From Eledone cirrhosa (taxonomy: Eukaryota): a stretch of 64,000 nt of DNA. Below, in pieces: positions 13,501 to 27,850 of the stretch. Where the stretch lies: contig OZ024740.1 of the NCBI GenBank assembly GCA_964016885.1, positions 327,794,001 to 327,858,000 on the forward strand, in the 5' to 3' direction. Made by a program: the position numbers and the translations under genes. The stretch's first letter is position 1; each line of letters starts with the position of its first letter. The notes below the pieces were generated by a model that worked only from the letters and a program-made list of their open reading frames with translations, did no database searches and had not been told where the DNA came from.

Positions 13501-14597
13501 TTTATTACGTGTAGCGTTGTTGTCCGTACTTAATATAATTCTATTATATTTTAAATAATTTTAAAAATGAAAAAAATTGTTTAACATATATAAAGTATAT
13601 TAAAACCGTTCCTCTCCTCTAAAGAAGAAATATGGTCACCATCGTTATCGAAGTTACCGCCCACTGTTTCCCTACCATCCACATTGTAAAAAAAAAAAAA
13701 GATTTACGCGAAACTAAATAACGGAAAACAATATTTCTATCTTTAAGAACAGTAGAACATTTTCAAATTCATTAAACAGTTATTGTTGTAAACGATAAAA
13801 CATAAATCTGAGTAAATAAAATCCAATTATTATAATGAATTTTGATATAAAAAAATATTTCTTTTATGTTACTGATATGAATATATATATATATCATGGG
13901 ACGTCAATCGAATGTAGTTTTCGGTAACATTATTAAATGGAGGGCGGTGGATTGGCAGTATCGGTAGAGGGTCTGACGTTATGCTCTGCAGCAAAGAGTT
14001 ACACCCCTTTATGGTTTGAGTTCAAATCCCGCCGAGGTTAACTTTGCCTTTCATCCTTACGGGGTCGATAAAATAAAAGTACCAGTAATGTATTGGGTTA
14101 TTGCTGGCCTTGTGCCAAAAGTAGAAACAATTATTAAATGGAATTATTTATATACATATATATATATAAATCATGGCGGTTATCCACGAACTAAAACAAA
14201 TATAACTCATAAAACACCACTTAACCTGACTCACCAGATACATATCAAACTAGTCATAAAGTAAAAACCAACCAACTTTTTTACACAACCCTCTCAATCT
14301 ATTCATTGATTTAACAATGAAAATCTTCCCCAAAACGAAACGAAATATAGCAAACTTAACTATTTAGTAGGCAAATTAAATCTAAAAACAGAAATTTACA
14401 CTAAACAACACGAATAAATTAGCCAAATCCAACAAACAATTGAAAAGGCTCAGAGATAAATCAAAGACAGGATTTGAAACCACTGCTTCCTCTTTGCACA
14501 GGTCTCCGTCGAGACTTTTGGCGTTTTTGGTCCCCTCACTGTTGTAAAGTTGGTTAGACGGTGATTGCTTGAGGTGGGGTGGCTGTTGCAGCCACCC

Positions 14598-16100
14598 TTA
14601 CCATAAAAACAATGAGAATCTAAATTATGTTAATTTTAAATCTAACCACCCCACTAACATTAAAAATGCTATAGTCAGTAATATTGGAAAAAGAATATCA
14701 AACCTATCCTCTAATAAAAAATATCTTTGATGCTAACGCCAATTACTATAATAATGCGCTTTCTAAAGCCCGTTATCCTGATAAAATTAAATACAGTAAA
14801 GAAACCAATCCTAGAAGGTCTTACAGTAAAATAATTAATTATGATCATTCCAATAACTTAAATAAAAGACCTAGATACAAAATATAATCTGGTATAATGC
14901 TCCTTTCTCTATTTCTATTAATAATAATATTCCTAAACTATTCTTTAGGGCCTTAGATAAATGCTTCCCTCCCTCACATATCTATAGTAAAATCTTTAAC
15001 AAACATACAATAACATTTTCCTATTCCACCTCCTCCAACATCTCTAACATTATCTCTAAACACAACAATAAAATATTAAATATTAAATCACATCCTTCCA
15101 ACACTGAGCGTCATAATAATAACAGTAGTACTCCCGACGTCATTGTTAACTCTAGGCTAGATTCTGCAAACTCAAATACGACGTCAAACGTAACTTCGTT
15201 GAATGTTCATAATACCAATCTAAATCAGGAAACTATTATTCCTATCGTAAATAACTTCTCCGATCCAATTCCTCCTATAAATAACACTAGGTCACTTATT
15301 AATAACTCTGTTAATTTCTCTAATCGCAATTGTAGAACTAAATGTCCTCTCAATAACCATTGTCTTGATAAAAACTTAGTCTATGAATGTAAGGTTATAA
15401 CTGATACCAATTCCTTTACCTATTTCGGTTCCACTTCCACCTCCTTCAAAGCTAGATTTTATAATCACAATTCGTTTTTTAAATACCAACTTAAAAGAAC
15501 TAACACGGCACTCTCAGAATTCATATGGTCCTTGAAAGACAAAAATATTAACTATAACATCTCTTGGAGAAAAGTTTGTTCTGCCTCTCCCTACTTGAAT
15601 GCCTCCCTATCCAGAACATGTAATCTTTGTCTATCTGAGAAATTTACCATTATATCTAATTTCAATTCTATAATAAATAGATGCACTGATTTATTTTCTC
15701 TCTGCTTGCATAAATTCCACAGAACATTCCAGACAATATTTTTTTTTCTCAGTTGTAAAGGCTATCTCTCTCTCTCTCCATCACCCATCTCTCCTCCTCT
15801 CTCATCCTTCCTTCTTATACTCCTCCCCCACCATTCTTTACTCTCATCTCCTCCTCTTCCTTACCTTTTCCAGCCCCCCCCCCCTCACTTTTTCCCAATC
15901 TCATACATCAATCTTAAATTAATTTTCATATGTTGTTTTAAAACTTCACTATTCACAAGTGTTTTTTAAGCTTCATATCATGTATCCCTATTTTATCTGA
16001 TGAAAATGCAGATATCATCCCATGATGATATTTGTTTTTGAAATGCGCATAATAAAATACTTGGAACTCTTTTAACCATCTTTTGATCTTATATTATACA
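14598..16100 (+). mobile_element. Penelope-like retroelement, 5'-truncated (RT C-terminus/thumb + GIY-YIG endonuclease + pLTR)
   Basis: Frameshifted ...YVNFKSNHPTNIK..RISNLSS..IIWYNAPFS..FPPSHIYSKIFNKHTITFSYS, then ORF 15199-15969 with CPLNNHCL..VYECKV..YFGST..FKARFYNH..TALSEFIW..CNLCLSEK. A hammerhead follows. Confidence 0.88.
15989..16059 (+). ncRNA. Type I hammerhead ribozyme with palindromic stem III
   Basis: Stem I tattttat/ataaaata (8 bp perfect); CTGATGA 15997-16003; stem II 16004-16039 (15 of 16 pairs including G-U, loop ccat); GAAA 16040-16043; ATGCGCAT palindrome; AUA triplet with cleavage after 16051. Confidence 0.88.
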
Positions 16101-16102
16101 TA

Positions 16103-16137
<35 letters not shown>

Positions 16138-16725
16138 ATATATATAAATGTATATATATATATATATATATAAATTCAGTGTGACGAAGAAATTAGACAT
16201 TGCTCCATTCGTCTTACATAATAATAATGAAAATGATTGTGTCCAGTGTTCAGGTGCACCACAACTCATCAAAGGTGTATGTATAGTACATAGAATAATA
16301 TACAAAAATAATAAGATTATTGTAGATTAACAGCAGTCGAGCAGAACTATGATGAAAAGCATTCCAGTCGTGACTAACCACGTTTTTGGTGGGGTTTTCA
16401 GACATAGTATAACCAAGACTATATTACCAATGTCACCTTAATGTTTTGAAGCGCTGTGTAATTTTGATGAGACTTTGCTGCAATTTCTACAAGGTCAAAC
16501 GATAAGGTTGAGGCCTCGGCTTTGGCATAACATCAAATGACTGAAGATTGAAAGTGACACAGTGCCTTAAGATGATCCGAGAATGTTTCCATACTTCAGT
16601 TTACTAGCTTCCATATCTCAAGTTACGTAATTCTAAATCTTGAAATAAAGACATCTCTTACATACAGAACATAAATAAACTCTTTTTTCTTTCTTTTTTC
16701 TCTTCTTCTCCCTTTCTTTTCTCTT

Positions 16726-16784
<59 letters not shown>

Positions 16785-16886
16785 CATACACGCTTGCTAT
16801 GCAAAATGATCCATCATCCAGTCTTAAACGCACTCACAAATGTACACGTACATATATACATATATACATATCTATACATTTATGTG

Positions 16887-16962
<76 letters not shown>

Positions 16963-17718
16963 TCTACACACTTTGTACTCTATATAATAGAACAGGCTAT
17001 GTTTATACCTCCTAAAGTTAGCAATCAACTAGTGGTGATGCTATTTATTTACTGATTGATGACTTCTGTCGTCTTACCGTTCACTTCCAACATCCGGAGA
17101 TACTGAGACGGAATTAGGCATGCGATCAATTTCCAGTATCTCTCGAGAATCGGCAGTAGTAACAAAAATAATGATGATTGTTTCTCCATTCTTGGTTCCG
17201 TTCGGCTATCATTGATTACAAGGTATTTCTAGTCATCCAGTAGTGTTCAGAAAATATCTCCAAAATCGATGATTCTGCGAAGGTAAGGTGAGGGGAAGTG
17301 AGTACTACTTTCGATTGAACTTTATTTACGCTGCTAAAGTCATTATTATAAACTGATTTATTTGGACTAGTGTCCTCATCTTGGTTGTTAAAATCACATC
17401 GTTTCAATCGTTGTAGCCTCCGGGTTTCTTCAAAACCGTCGTAGGATCCATTTAAAGTCCATCATTTTCATCTATCCAAGCATTAAATGGCGTTGTGTTA
17501 GTTTCAAATAATCTCCTGATTGCAGAATTTATATATTAATATTATATGAAATACTATATAAAAAGAAGCGACTATATATTTATGGATGTGTGGATGTATA
17601 TGTGTGTGTGTGTGTGTATCTGTGTGTATGTATATGTGTGTATGTGTGTATGTATCTGTGTCTGTATATATGTGTGTCTGTGTGTATGTATGTGCATTTA
17701 TATATATATGTATGCATG

Positions 17719-17762
<44 letters not shown>

Positions 17763-17800
17763 GTGTTTGTGGAAACAGCCGATATCTTCCAGAGAAAAAG

Positions 17801-18112
17801 TAATTTTGATTTTGAAAGTAGGTTTATAATTATTAATTTTCATTATACTTTTGTAACTGTCTCGGCGGCCTAGTTGGAGGAATCATGGATGGTGGTGATC
17901 CTGGTCTGAAGTTTGATCCTGGTCGGGAGTATGGTTCCCGGTAAACCTTTTCAGTTTTTTCTCTGGAATATAAAATAAAAAATGAAAAATTCCAGGATTG
18001 AACCCAAAACCAGGATCTCCACCGTCTCTAGTACCTACTGCTAGTCCACTGAGACAGCTACGAAAATGTACTGAAAATTCATACTTATAAACCTACTTTC
18101 AAAATATCTTCA
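17801..18112. mobile_element. Second copy of the palindromic tRNA-armed element (outer TIRs missing)
   Basis: Collinear with 28335-28635; ttttgaaagtaggtttataa ... ttataaacctactttcaaaa. Confidence 0.7.
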
Positions 18113-18144
18113 ACCTATTGGTACCAAACATTATTTGGTCAGTA

Positions 18145-18221
<77 letters not shown>

Positions 18222-18979
18222 GTTTGTATGTGGAAACAGCCGATATTTCCCAGAGAAAAAGAAAAAGGGTGAGAGAGAGGAAAGGAAAAAGAGACATAGA
18301 GGAAGAGTCGACCTCAATATTGAACTGGTACTTATCGATCTAGAAATAAAGAAAAGCAAAAAAATATCCTCGGCGAGTCTGAGCAGATACCGCAAAGCAT
18401 TCAATACACCAGGTTTATATGCCCAAGATACACTTTATGTCATGATGGCGCCCCTACGACTTTATCAGGAGCAAAGTACTAAAAAGGTACGTGGAGGTGG
18501 TGGAGTGGTGCATGTACTGCTAGGGGTGGTGTTGGTGGCCGAGGTGGTCATTTAATCTAGATTAGCCCTGATAGAAAAATACATCGAATAAAACGGAATG
18601 TTCGTGGGCGGAATGTCTTTAATCATAGGTCTGCCCGATCTGATCCGGGGAGATATAAAACTAACCAACAAAATCAACAACACCAACATCATCACCATAT
18701 AGCCAGATGTATTGAGGATCTGTATTTGATCATCTCCTTCATAGGCCTGTTAACGCAGAGATGATTACACTAGCTAGAAATAGCAACCAAATATCTCTTA
18801 AATCTTACCCTGCCCTGATTTTAAGGAAATGGTTAAGAGTATCTAGGACTACGTTACCTAATGTACTCTTTCAATTTTTAAAATGTACAGTATGATTTGA
18901 GGGCGAGCAAATTTATTTGCTACTCCCAGCAACTTCAGCAACTATGCATTGTATTTAAACATATTTTTGGTTTTTATGA

Positions 18980-19720
18980 GGTCTGGTTATTTCAGGTGGG
19001 TAATTGAGGTTATATTCTTTTATGTTACTTTGTGGTGTATGTCTTTTGGATAAGTTTGAAATAATGTTGTTAAATGTATGTACTCTAGTGTTCATGGGCT
19101 TCTTTTATGTTTGTAAAAAGTGTTTTATTGTATTCATTGATGTGAGAATATATCATGTTGGTAATTAATTGGTGATCTGAACAACACTGAGAAATTGTTT
19201 GCCGAATAGTTGTGGTAGCTTGGTGTGTGCAGCAAAATGTGATGCTTGAGGAAAGAATTGTTGTAGTTGATTTGGTGAAGTATGTGTGGATCGTTTAGGA
19301 TGTAAAATTTCGTAACGTCTTTTGTTATCTGTACCATTTGAAAACCAAGAAATGGCGAGTGCCTTGTCGTCGTCGTTGATAAATATCTTTGTAAGAGTAT
19401 TAAAGTGTAGTTAGGCCATTTTTCTAGGATTGTGAGATTTGTGCAGTATATATTGGATTTGTAATATCTATATGGCATTTGTGATATTACGAATGGCATT
19501 TGTGATATCTATATATTGCATGCGTATTTTTATATATGTAATCAAACCATCCCTATTGTAAAAGGATCTTTTAAGTCTGATATGAGTACAATTTGGAAGC
19601 TGTGAGTTTTATGTTTAGTTAGTAAAAATGTTTTCCTGAATTGTTGCTAGGTGAATGTCATGTATGGTTATAAAATGTTGGTTCAACATTAATAATGTAC
19701 TGCAGGATTTTAGATGTTTT
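18980..19720 (-). mobile_element. Decayed LINE AP-endonuclease region
   Basis: Minus strand has KILQY.IN and HDIHLATIQE-like motifs, with strand-asymmetric composition. Confidence 0.35.
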
Positions 19721-22700
19721 CTGTCACGTTTATAAATTTTATTTTTACATGTGAAGCAGTTAATTTTAAATGCATTATGAACAAGTCAGTGACTTTGTGG
19801 AGGGGAATAAGAAAAGGTACCTCCCTCAGATGTTATTGTCGTCGTTAGTGGTAGAAGGACGTTTACCTTCATTTCAAATAGAGGAGATATACGATTAAAA
19901 AAAAACTACAACAATGACCATCTCTTTCCTGTGGTTTGAGGTAAGATTTAGCTGCTATTTTTAGTTTATCGATTGACCACCTAGAGGTTACCTCTTTAGT
20001 AATAAATCTGAAGCGTTGCTATTTAAATTTTATTTGGTTAATTCGTCTCAAACAAAATTTGAATTTGAGACTGCATGCTGATGAACATATGTCATCTTAA
20101 CCATAAACCGACCAGCATAGAGATTTTTTATGTGAAATAAGTTCATAGGATCGCAACAAATCTGCCATTGCTTTAGTGTTGATCAAATTAAATTCCTATC
20201 CGGGGCATTATCAGCTACTCTGTCAAACGTGATGTCTTAGTCACCATCTTTCTTGCTTTCTCTCTCTCACTTCTGTTTTCTTATTTTTTCTTTGTATTTC
20301 TCATTTTTTTCTTCTTTACTTCTTTCTATTCTTGTATTTGTCTTCTGCCTTTCTTTCAATCTTTCTGTCCTCTAATTGACCTCCTCTCCCTCCCCCTGTA
20401 GTTGTTTATTGAGTTTAAAGAGAAATTTTGATGGAAAGAATAATCAAAATGTGAAACGATGAAGGGAGAAATTGGTTCGATCAACGAAATAGCCTGCTCT
20501 TGAAATTAACGTGCAAATTACTGAGCATCACACATACACGTGCACCCATAACGCTATTCTCATGAAGATTCAGTGGAGCACTAGGTGTGTTAAAGCTCGG
20601 CCTGTGGATTGCAAGCACAATCCATCTGATGAGCTTGTGTCGCAGTGAAGTCGAACTTATTATTACGAAGCGAACTTCTTACCATTCAGCTACCAATCTA
20701 CGTCCACACACACATATATATATATATATACATATACATTTACTTTTACTTCACTGGGACTCCGTCGGTTACGACGACGAGTGTTCCAATTGATCCGATC
20801 AAAGGAACAGCCTGCTCGTGAAATTAACGTGTAAGTGACTAGCATTTCACAGACACGCGTACCTTTAACATAGTTATCAGGGAGATTCAGCGTGACACTG
20901 AACGTGACAAGGCTGGTCCTTCGACTTACATGTACAACTCATTTTTTTACAGCTGAGTGGACTGGAACAACATGAAATAAGATGTTTTGCTCACAGACAC
21001 AACGCGCCGCCGGGAATCGAACTCACGATCGTGCGATTGTAAGCCGAATGCCTTAACCACACACATACATACATACATACATACATACATACATACATAC
21101 ATACACAAGGAGAGAAAGGGGGATGGAATGGGGGAGAATTGCATTTTATAGCACTAGATATACTGTATCTGAAAAAAAAACAGGGTGATCACAGCTGGAA
21201 TGGATTTAATCATAGGTTCGGTCGATCAGATGTGCGTTGGGAAAAAACAACTCAACTCACTGCGCTTGCAATCAAAATAATAACAATCTCGCCTGATTTG
21301 AATATGAAATTACGGAAAAGAGGTTAAATAAAATAGAACTATAATTAGACCATATAATTACCCTATGCAATATCAAATTTAGGCAGAAGCTAAACAAGTT
21401 ACAGTTTGGGTTCTCACAATTTGAATTTTTCTTTCAGTCGTTATAATTTTATCAGAATTTATATCCACGTTAACCTAATAATTAACAACAGTAAATAAAA
21501 TAAACTGGTTATTAGATCATCATTTACATAGAAGTAGTAATTTAAGAGAATCTTTAGAACGTTGGAAAAATATTTAGCGGTATTTAGATACGGAACTTCG
21601 TGTTATGAGTTCAAATCTAGCTCATATCAACTTTGCATTTTATCTTTCTGAGTTTGATGAAATTAAAATACCAATCAAATGCTGGGGCTGATTTACTCGA
21701 CTTTCGCTTCCCCCTAAATGTCTGATTTTGGGCCTAAATTAGAAACCATTATTTACTCAATCTTCTTGGATTTCGTTATTTTAAATTTCATAGTTGTAAC
21801 TGTTTGTGCAAATAATTTGATCTGGGACTAGATTTTGAAACTGAAGCCCATACATTGTGGAAGGGCCATTTTAGTCATTTATTTTGTTGGGTATTAAAAT
21901 TTTCTTTGATACTCTTTAATTTGACCATTGACACAATTAATTATGTCCACATATCAATTATTATTTGTTTGTTTTTTTTGTAACCCCTGGGAGAGTCATA
22001 TGGGTGACATATTGGCATACAGCGTTCCTTTGGCATTTTCGTTTTACTTAATGGACCCCATTTCCTCTCTAAGACTGAATGCAATAAATTCTTCCAGAGA
22101 AGAACAAAGAGTGAGAGAATGGAAGAGACAAAGAGATTTAGAAGAAGAATCGACACCAGTACTAGACTGGTATTTTTTTTTACCTACCTTGAATGGATGA
22201 AAGGCAAAGTTGACTTTGGCAGAATTTGAATTCAGAGAGCAGAGAGCCGAAACAAATACAGCAAAGCAGTCTATCCGACGTTCGAACTGCTCTGCCAATT
22301 CACCGCCTCAATTATTAGATTTAATTATACTTGGTTTTGTGCGTGTATGTATGTATGCGTGTAACAGGGGTGAGTGGTCTCAGTGTGAGTGTGTGTTTGT
22401 CATATATATTTACACCAGGTCCGAACATAAAGGAATCAAACTCTCACTGCTACTGTCCCCATCTCTCCCGCTCTCCCCATTTCTCACTATTTTGAGAAAA
22501 TGGGGGCCCATTCACAGATACACTTGTTTTTGTTAGTTAGATTGATTTTTTTTTTTTGTCTACTTATGCTTTTATTACTTATTGTATTTCTAGGATTTTG
22601 ATTGATTTTTAAATGATTATAAGCTGTAACATCCAATTAATAAATTCAGCTGATGGATATTTTTTAAGTAAGAAATATATTGTATATAAAGTTTATAGTA

Positions 22701-24439
22701 GAGTAATATCACGAAATAAAAAGTCAAATATATAGATATAAAAATAAAACACAAACAAAAATAACTAGAGAACTTCATTCAAACATCTCTACTTTAGTTT
22801 GGTAAAAAAATTATATTTTATTTTTTATTGAATATCATTAAATTAATAAATTTTTAATGTCAGAACAACTTGGATGCCGTATTCAAAGTTGACGGATTAT
22901 TATGGAGAAATAATAAAAAAAATAATTGACAATTTTTTTATGGATCAATTTAATAGTTCACAAGTACTGATATGGATGATGTTGGAGTTTACAAGGAATG
23001 TTATAGATGACTTTTGAAGTTCACATACGTTAATGTGGAGAAATGGGAAAAAAAACACAAACTATATTAACAAAAAAAAATTTTTAATGACGAATTTCAT
23101 TCAAAACAACTTCATTTTAGAATTTGGAAAAATAAATCTGTTTCATTTATATATGTGTGTGTGTGTGTGTGTGCACGCGCGCGCGAGTGTGTGTGAATGT
23201 GAAGGTGAGTGGCTTTTTGGTTATATCATTGGGCTTACAATCGTAAGGTAATGGGTTCGATTCTCGGTCCGGGGTTTGCGAGATTACTTTATTTCACTTT
23301 ACTTCACTGAAAAATGAGTTGCGACAACATCGGTGGCGTGGAAAGAGGAGACTAGTATACGTGGGCGACAGTTGGTCTTCTATAGAAACACCATGCCCGG
23401 GATTGTAACGCGAAGGGGAACATTCTAGATACAAAACCTATTGTCATCCGTGATTGAAGGGGGCGGGGGTATATATATAAGCATACATACACATACATAT
23501 ATGTTAGGGCAACTTGGATGTATTTGTCTGAGTCCAGCTGATTCAAGTCCACTAGTGTAGAAAATACGTTTTAACAAAGGTGGGATGCTGCAAACGGTAA
23601 CAGCATATTTGTCGCCTTCACATATACACTTTTGGGATTTTACAGTTTTCGACATCGAAATGACGTGAAAGTTGTCGACCTTCTCACGTTGGAACCTAGA
23701 AACTGATCGCTGATCTCTGATCTCATCAGGCAAAGTACAGCAGTATGAGACATCAAAAGTCTCATACGCAAGAAGAAAACGCGAGAGCTGTCTTATTCTG
23801 TGATTCCATAAGTGCTTCACTGTTGGAGATAATCTGTCAGGTTCCTCAAGTACATATGCAATTTTACACTTAAAGGCATTTGCAATCCAACTGACAATAT
23901 GTATTGCTCTAAATCGTTTGGTGTAATTTGGGATAAATTTGGGATAAATTACTCTTATTTTCCGTGTCTTTGCTTAAGGTCTTTCCTTGTCTAATCCGCT
24001 GCAGTCCTTGTGGTATTCTTGGCCAAAGACAAAATCGTTTTTGCTTTTTCAACAATAAACAATAATTGTTTCTACTTTTGGCACAAGGCCAGCAATTACT
24101 CAGTGCATTACTGGTACTTTATTTTATCGACCCCGTAAGGATGAAAGGCAAAGTTAACCGCGGCCGGATTTGAACTCAGATCATACAGGGAGGTAACTCT
24201 ATGCTTCAAAGCATGGCATCCGACCCTAATGTCATTAATTGAATAAGCATTAGAATATTAACGGTATGTGTCAATACTCGGAGTAGTGAAAAGTTGAAAA
24301 TGTATATTGACTAGATTTAAAGTAAAAATATTAAAACATTGAACTAAGTAAGAATTAAAGAATGAAATGTGCTGCTTCTATCTACGATAGTCGAGAACAT
24401 GTTTTTCTCAAGAGCTATAACAGGATAGAACTATAAAAG

Positions 24440-24800
24440 AACTATAACAGAATAGCGTAAAAGGTAGACTTCAGCATCGCATGGGATACTCTACTTGTTC
24501 TGGGAAACAGAAAGAACTCTAATATTTGTTTTCCCCAGTCATTGATCGCCATTCCGTGATGATTTGTGTCCAATGATTGTCAATCCTTCCCCTGATGTAC
24601 CCTGTTAACGACCATAAAGAATGATAGTCTACATTCATTCTCATGCCCATGTGTTTGTCTTTATATGCTATACTGATTAATAATCCCCACTCTTCGATTT
24701 TAGGTGACCCCTTTTGATGTCATCTCAGTATTTATTATAAGTTTAAATATTGCAAGAATGTTTTGTAGTATCTTCTCTTTCATAAGTGAAAATAAGATCT
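24440..24800 (-). mobile_element. Decayed RTE-like LINE 3' fragment
   Basis: Minus strand reads DNHWTQIITEWR-like C-terminal motif. Confidence 0.35.
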
Positions 24801-25384
24801 TAATGCTGCATCATCATCATTTCATTATTAACACCATAAAAGCAGGGGACTGACAGAATCGGTAGAGTGTCGGATAACTTGTCTAGTCTTTGTCCTCATC
24901 CCTCCTAGGCAAAACCGTGTAGTTAAAAAGATTGAATCGCAATCGCGTAATTTTGGCTTCGATGTTATTGCGCGGCACCTTGGAGAAGTCTATTCTATCA
25001 TAACTTTAAGCCAATCCAACCCTTGCAAGTTAAATTGCGGAGGCCCGTCGGATAGGTCATATCTGTTTTATGATAATGAGACAGGTCACTTGCTTTAACA
25101 TCGCTACCTGTTCTTTGAGTTTCTTCAATGAAGTCCACTTTGTTACAAGCAGTTGGACTAGATCTCCGATCTGGGATAACCAATGAGTTGTATGTTGTTC
25201 CTTGCTTTCCCTCATTCCGCCACAAGTCTAAGGGTTCCTAATTTGTATTAAACCTATAATTAGTGGGTTTCATGAGAAACAATGACTGCAATTAGACTTT
25301 TCTCTTCGTTTTATGAAGCCAGCTGACTGTTCTGTTTATAAAATTAATTTTCCAACTCATTCTCTCTCTCACTCACTCCCTCCA

Positions 25385-25484
<100 letters not shown>

Positions 25485-26437
25485 ATATCGCTTCCACTCA
25501 CTTGTTGATTTCAATCTCCCTCTCTTTATTCTTTTCATCTTATTACGTTTTTGCTGAATTTTTATTTACACTGATATTATGTTAAAGCTATAGGTATATA
25601 GACGAGTATGTTTATACTAAGTAGTGGAGCTTAGTCTAGATAAGAACTACTCTAACAGTTGGTTTGCTAAGAAACATCGGCATATATACATACATATATA
25701 TGTGTGCGTGTGTAAATATATATGTGTGTGTGTGTAAATATATATATATATATACACACACACACATATATATATAAATACATATATATATGTATATAAT
25801 ATGTATATGTATATATATATATATATATATGTAGCCTATTGAAGGGCAGCATAAAATTTAAACTTTTCTAAACAGAATTATATAAATATTTATTACGTTA
25901 TTTCAATTATACCTTCTCTTGCCGAGTTACACACGGACGGACAAATTGACCTACTCATTCGAACATGCACACAGTCTTATTTGGACATGCGTGTTGTGTA
26001 GGCAGTAACAACCAATTAGCGCTTTCAGCTCAAAATTTTAACTTTTTAAAGCAGAATCTTCTTTCTTTCTACATTTTTTCTATTAATTAATTTTATGATT
26101 ACAAATTCTTAGGTAAATGTTATTGTTTCTTCGTAAGTAGAATTAATTATCTCTTGAGCTGGGTTTTCACTGTTCACATGGAAAAAAGATTATCTTGCAG
26201 ATTAGAATTTCATGAACTGTTCTTTTGTATTTTTATTAAACTAGAGTGCTTCTTGGTAAGACGTTTTAATTTTTTTTTATGTCTCACCTAAGCAGATGGA
26301 ATTGTTTGTTTGGTTATGTTTTATTTTTCTTGTTGTTTTCCTTTTCACGTATATCACTCCCTTTGCAATTTCTAAACGTTTGTAGCTGAATTTTGATTTT
26401 TTTATTAAGCTAACAGCAGAGAACTCTCTCCCTTTAT

Positions 26438-26490
<53 letters not shown>

Positions 26491-26546
26491 CTCCTCCTCA
26501 CACCTTACTCTACAACTATCAATCACTGTAATCACGTACATGGAAA

Positions 26547-27850
26547 ATGTTGGTGAACAGTGACAGTGACTGGTCAATGAAGAGACAACTAGGTAAAGAA
26601 GTACGTCAAACGAAGCCAGAATTCTATAGAATAGCAAAACGTAATTCAAACTTTTCAAGTTCTCATACGAAGATTATTAGAAGAATACGTCAATGCTCAG
26701 TTTGGATTGGAAAGATAAGAATGTGCTGTAAAGAGACAAGAAGAAAAGCCAGAAGAAACGCAAGAAGCAGAAAAATAAGATTAAGAATAACCCAAATAAA
26801 AGCAAATAAAACACAAGCAGAAAAAGGTAACGTTCGAAAAAGAAAAAGAGACGAATAAGTAAACGAGGTAAAATGTAAATGCCGCAGAAACACAATAAAG
26901 GATTGTTGCTAGCGAGAGATATAAGTTCCTCGCTGCCTCCAAAAATTGAGGACAATTGTATCGACACAAAACAAAGAAATATAAATATTCAAAGTAGAAG
27001 AAATGCAACTCAACATTTTCCTTTGCTTCACTAAAAGCTTACATATTAAGAGGCTACTAGAAATCCAGTTTGTCGATAACTGCTTCAAAGCATTGGGTTT
27101 TGTTTAATTTTTACAGGCTGCACTCTTGCTAGATAGTAGTTAAACCTATGCTGTATTCATCATACAATTATACTTACACATACATATATACATACGTACG
27201 TACGTACATACATACATACACAAAATACTTGATTCACAGGGATGCAGGCAAAACACCTAGCTGTGACAAGTGCAGACTCTACAGAATTAACATCGAAGAT
27301 GTCACACATGTCATAAGCAGCTGTCCAAAGATGTCATCGCGGTACTATCTACCTATGAGACATGATGTAGTGGCCAAAACTCTGTATAATGCAATCCGTA
27401 GAAAAGATAGCCCCGACAATAAACACATTAACAGCTACAGCAATGTGAAAGGCATATATATGCATAATATGAAAGAGTACTGGTGGAATGTTCCAGTAAA
27501 AACCCCAATAAAATACAGGCATAAGAAACCAGATATAATGATATGGGACAGGGAAAAGACGGCATGCACAGTGGTGGAAGTTAGCTGCTCAGTAGATGCT
27601 AATATAATATTAAAGATTAGCGAAAAGGAGAATATTTATGCAGAACTAATGAGAAATTTACAGATAATCCACCCTGACTATACCTTCAGATTTATACCTG
27701 TGATTATCAGGGCACTGGGGTATGTTAGTAACTGCCTCAATACGAATCTTGAGAAGTTGGGCTTCCCAGAAACAGAAAGAACACGACTAGTTAGAAAATT
27801 ACAAGTACATTAAATTACAAGTAAAAATATGTAAAACATTCCAAAAATTC
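26547..27850 (+). mobile_element. Non-LTR retrotransposon fragment, R4/NeSL-like restriction-like endonuclease (RLE) domain
   Basis: ORF 27148-27813: CRL..EDVTHVISSC zinc knuckle, RHDVVAK, KPDIMIWD..VVEVSC, EKENIY.EL, PVII.ALG. The upstream purine-rich segment 26547-26990 is probably part of the same element. Confidence 0.85.

Noticed and set aside
17855-18062. tRNA genes in the arms of the palindromic element and in SINE heads
   Set aside because: A/B boxes are present but acceptor and anticodon stems do not form a proper cloverleaf. Treated as tRNA-derived repeats.
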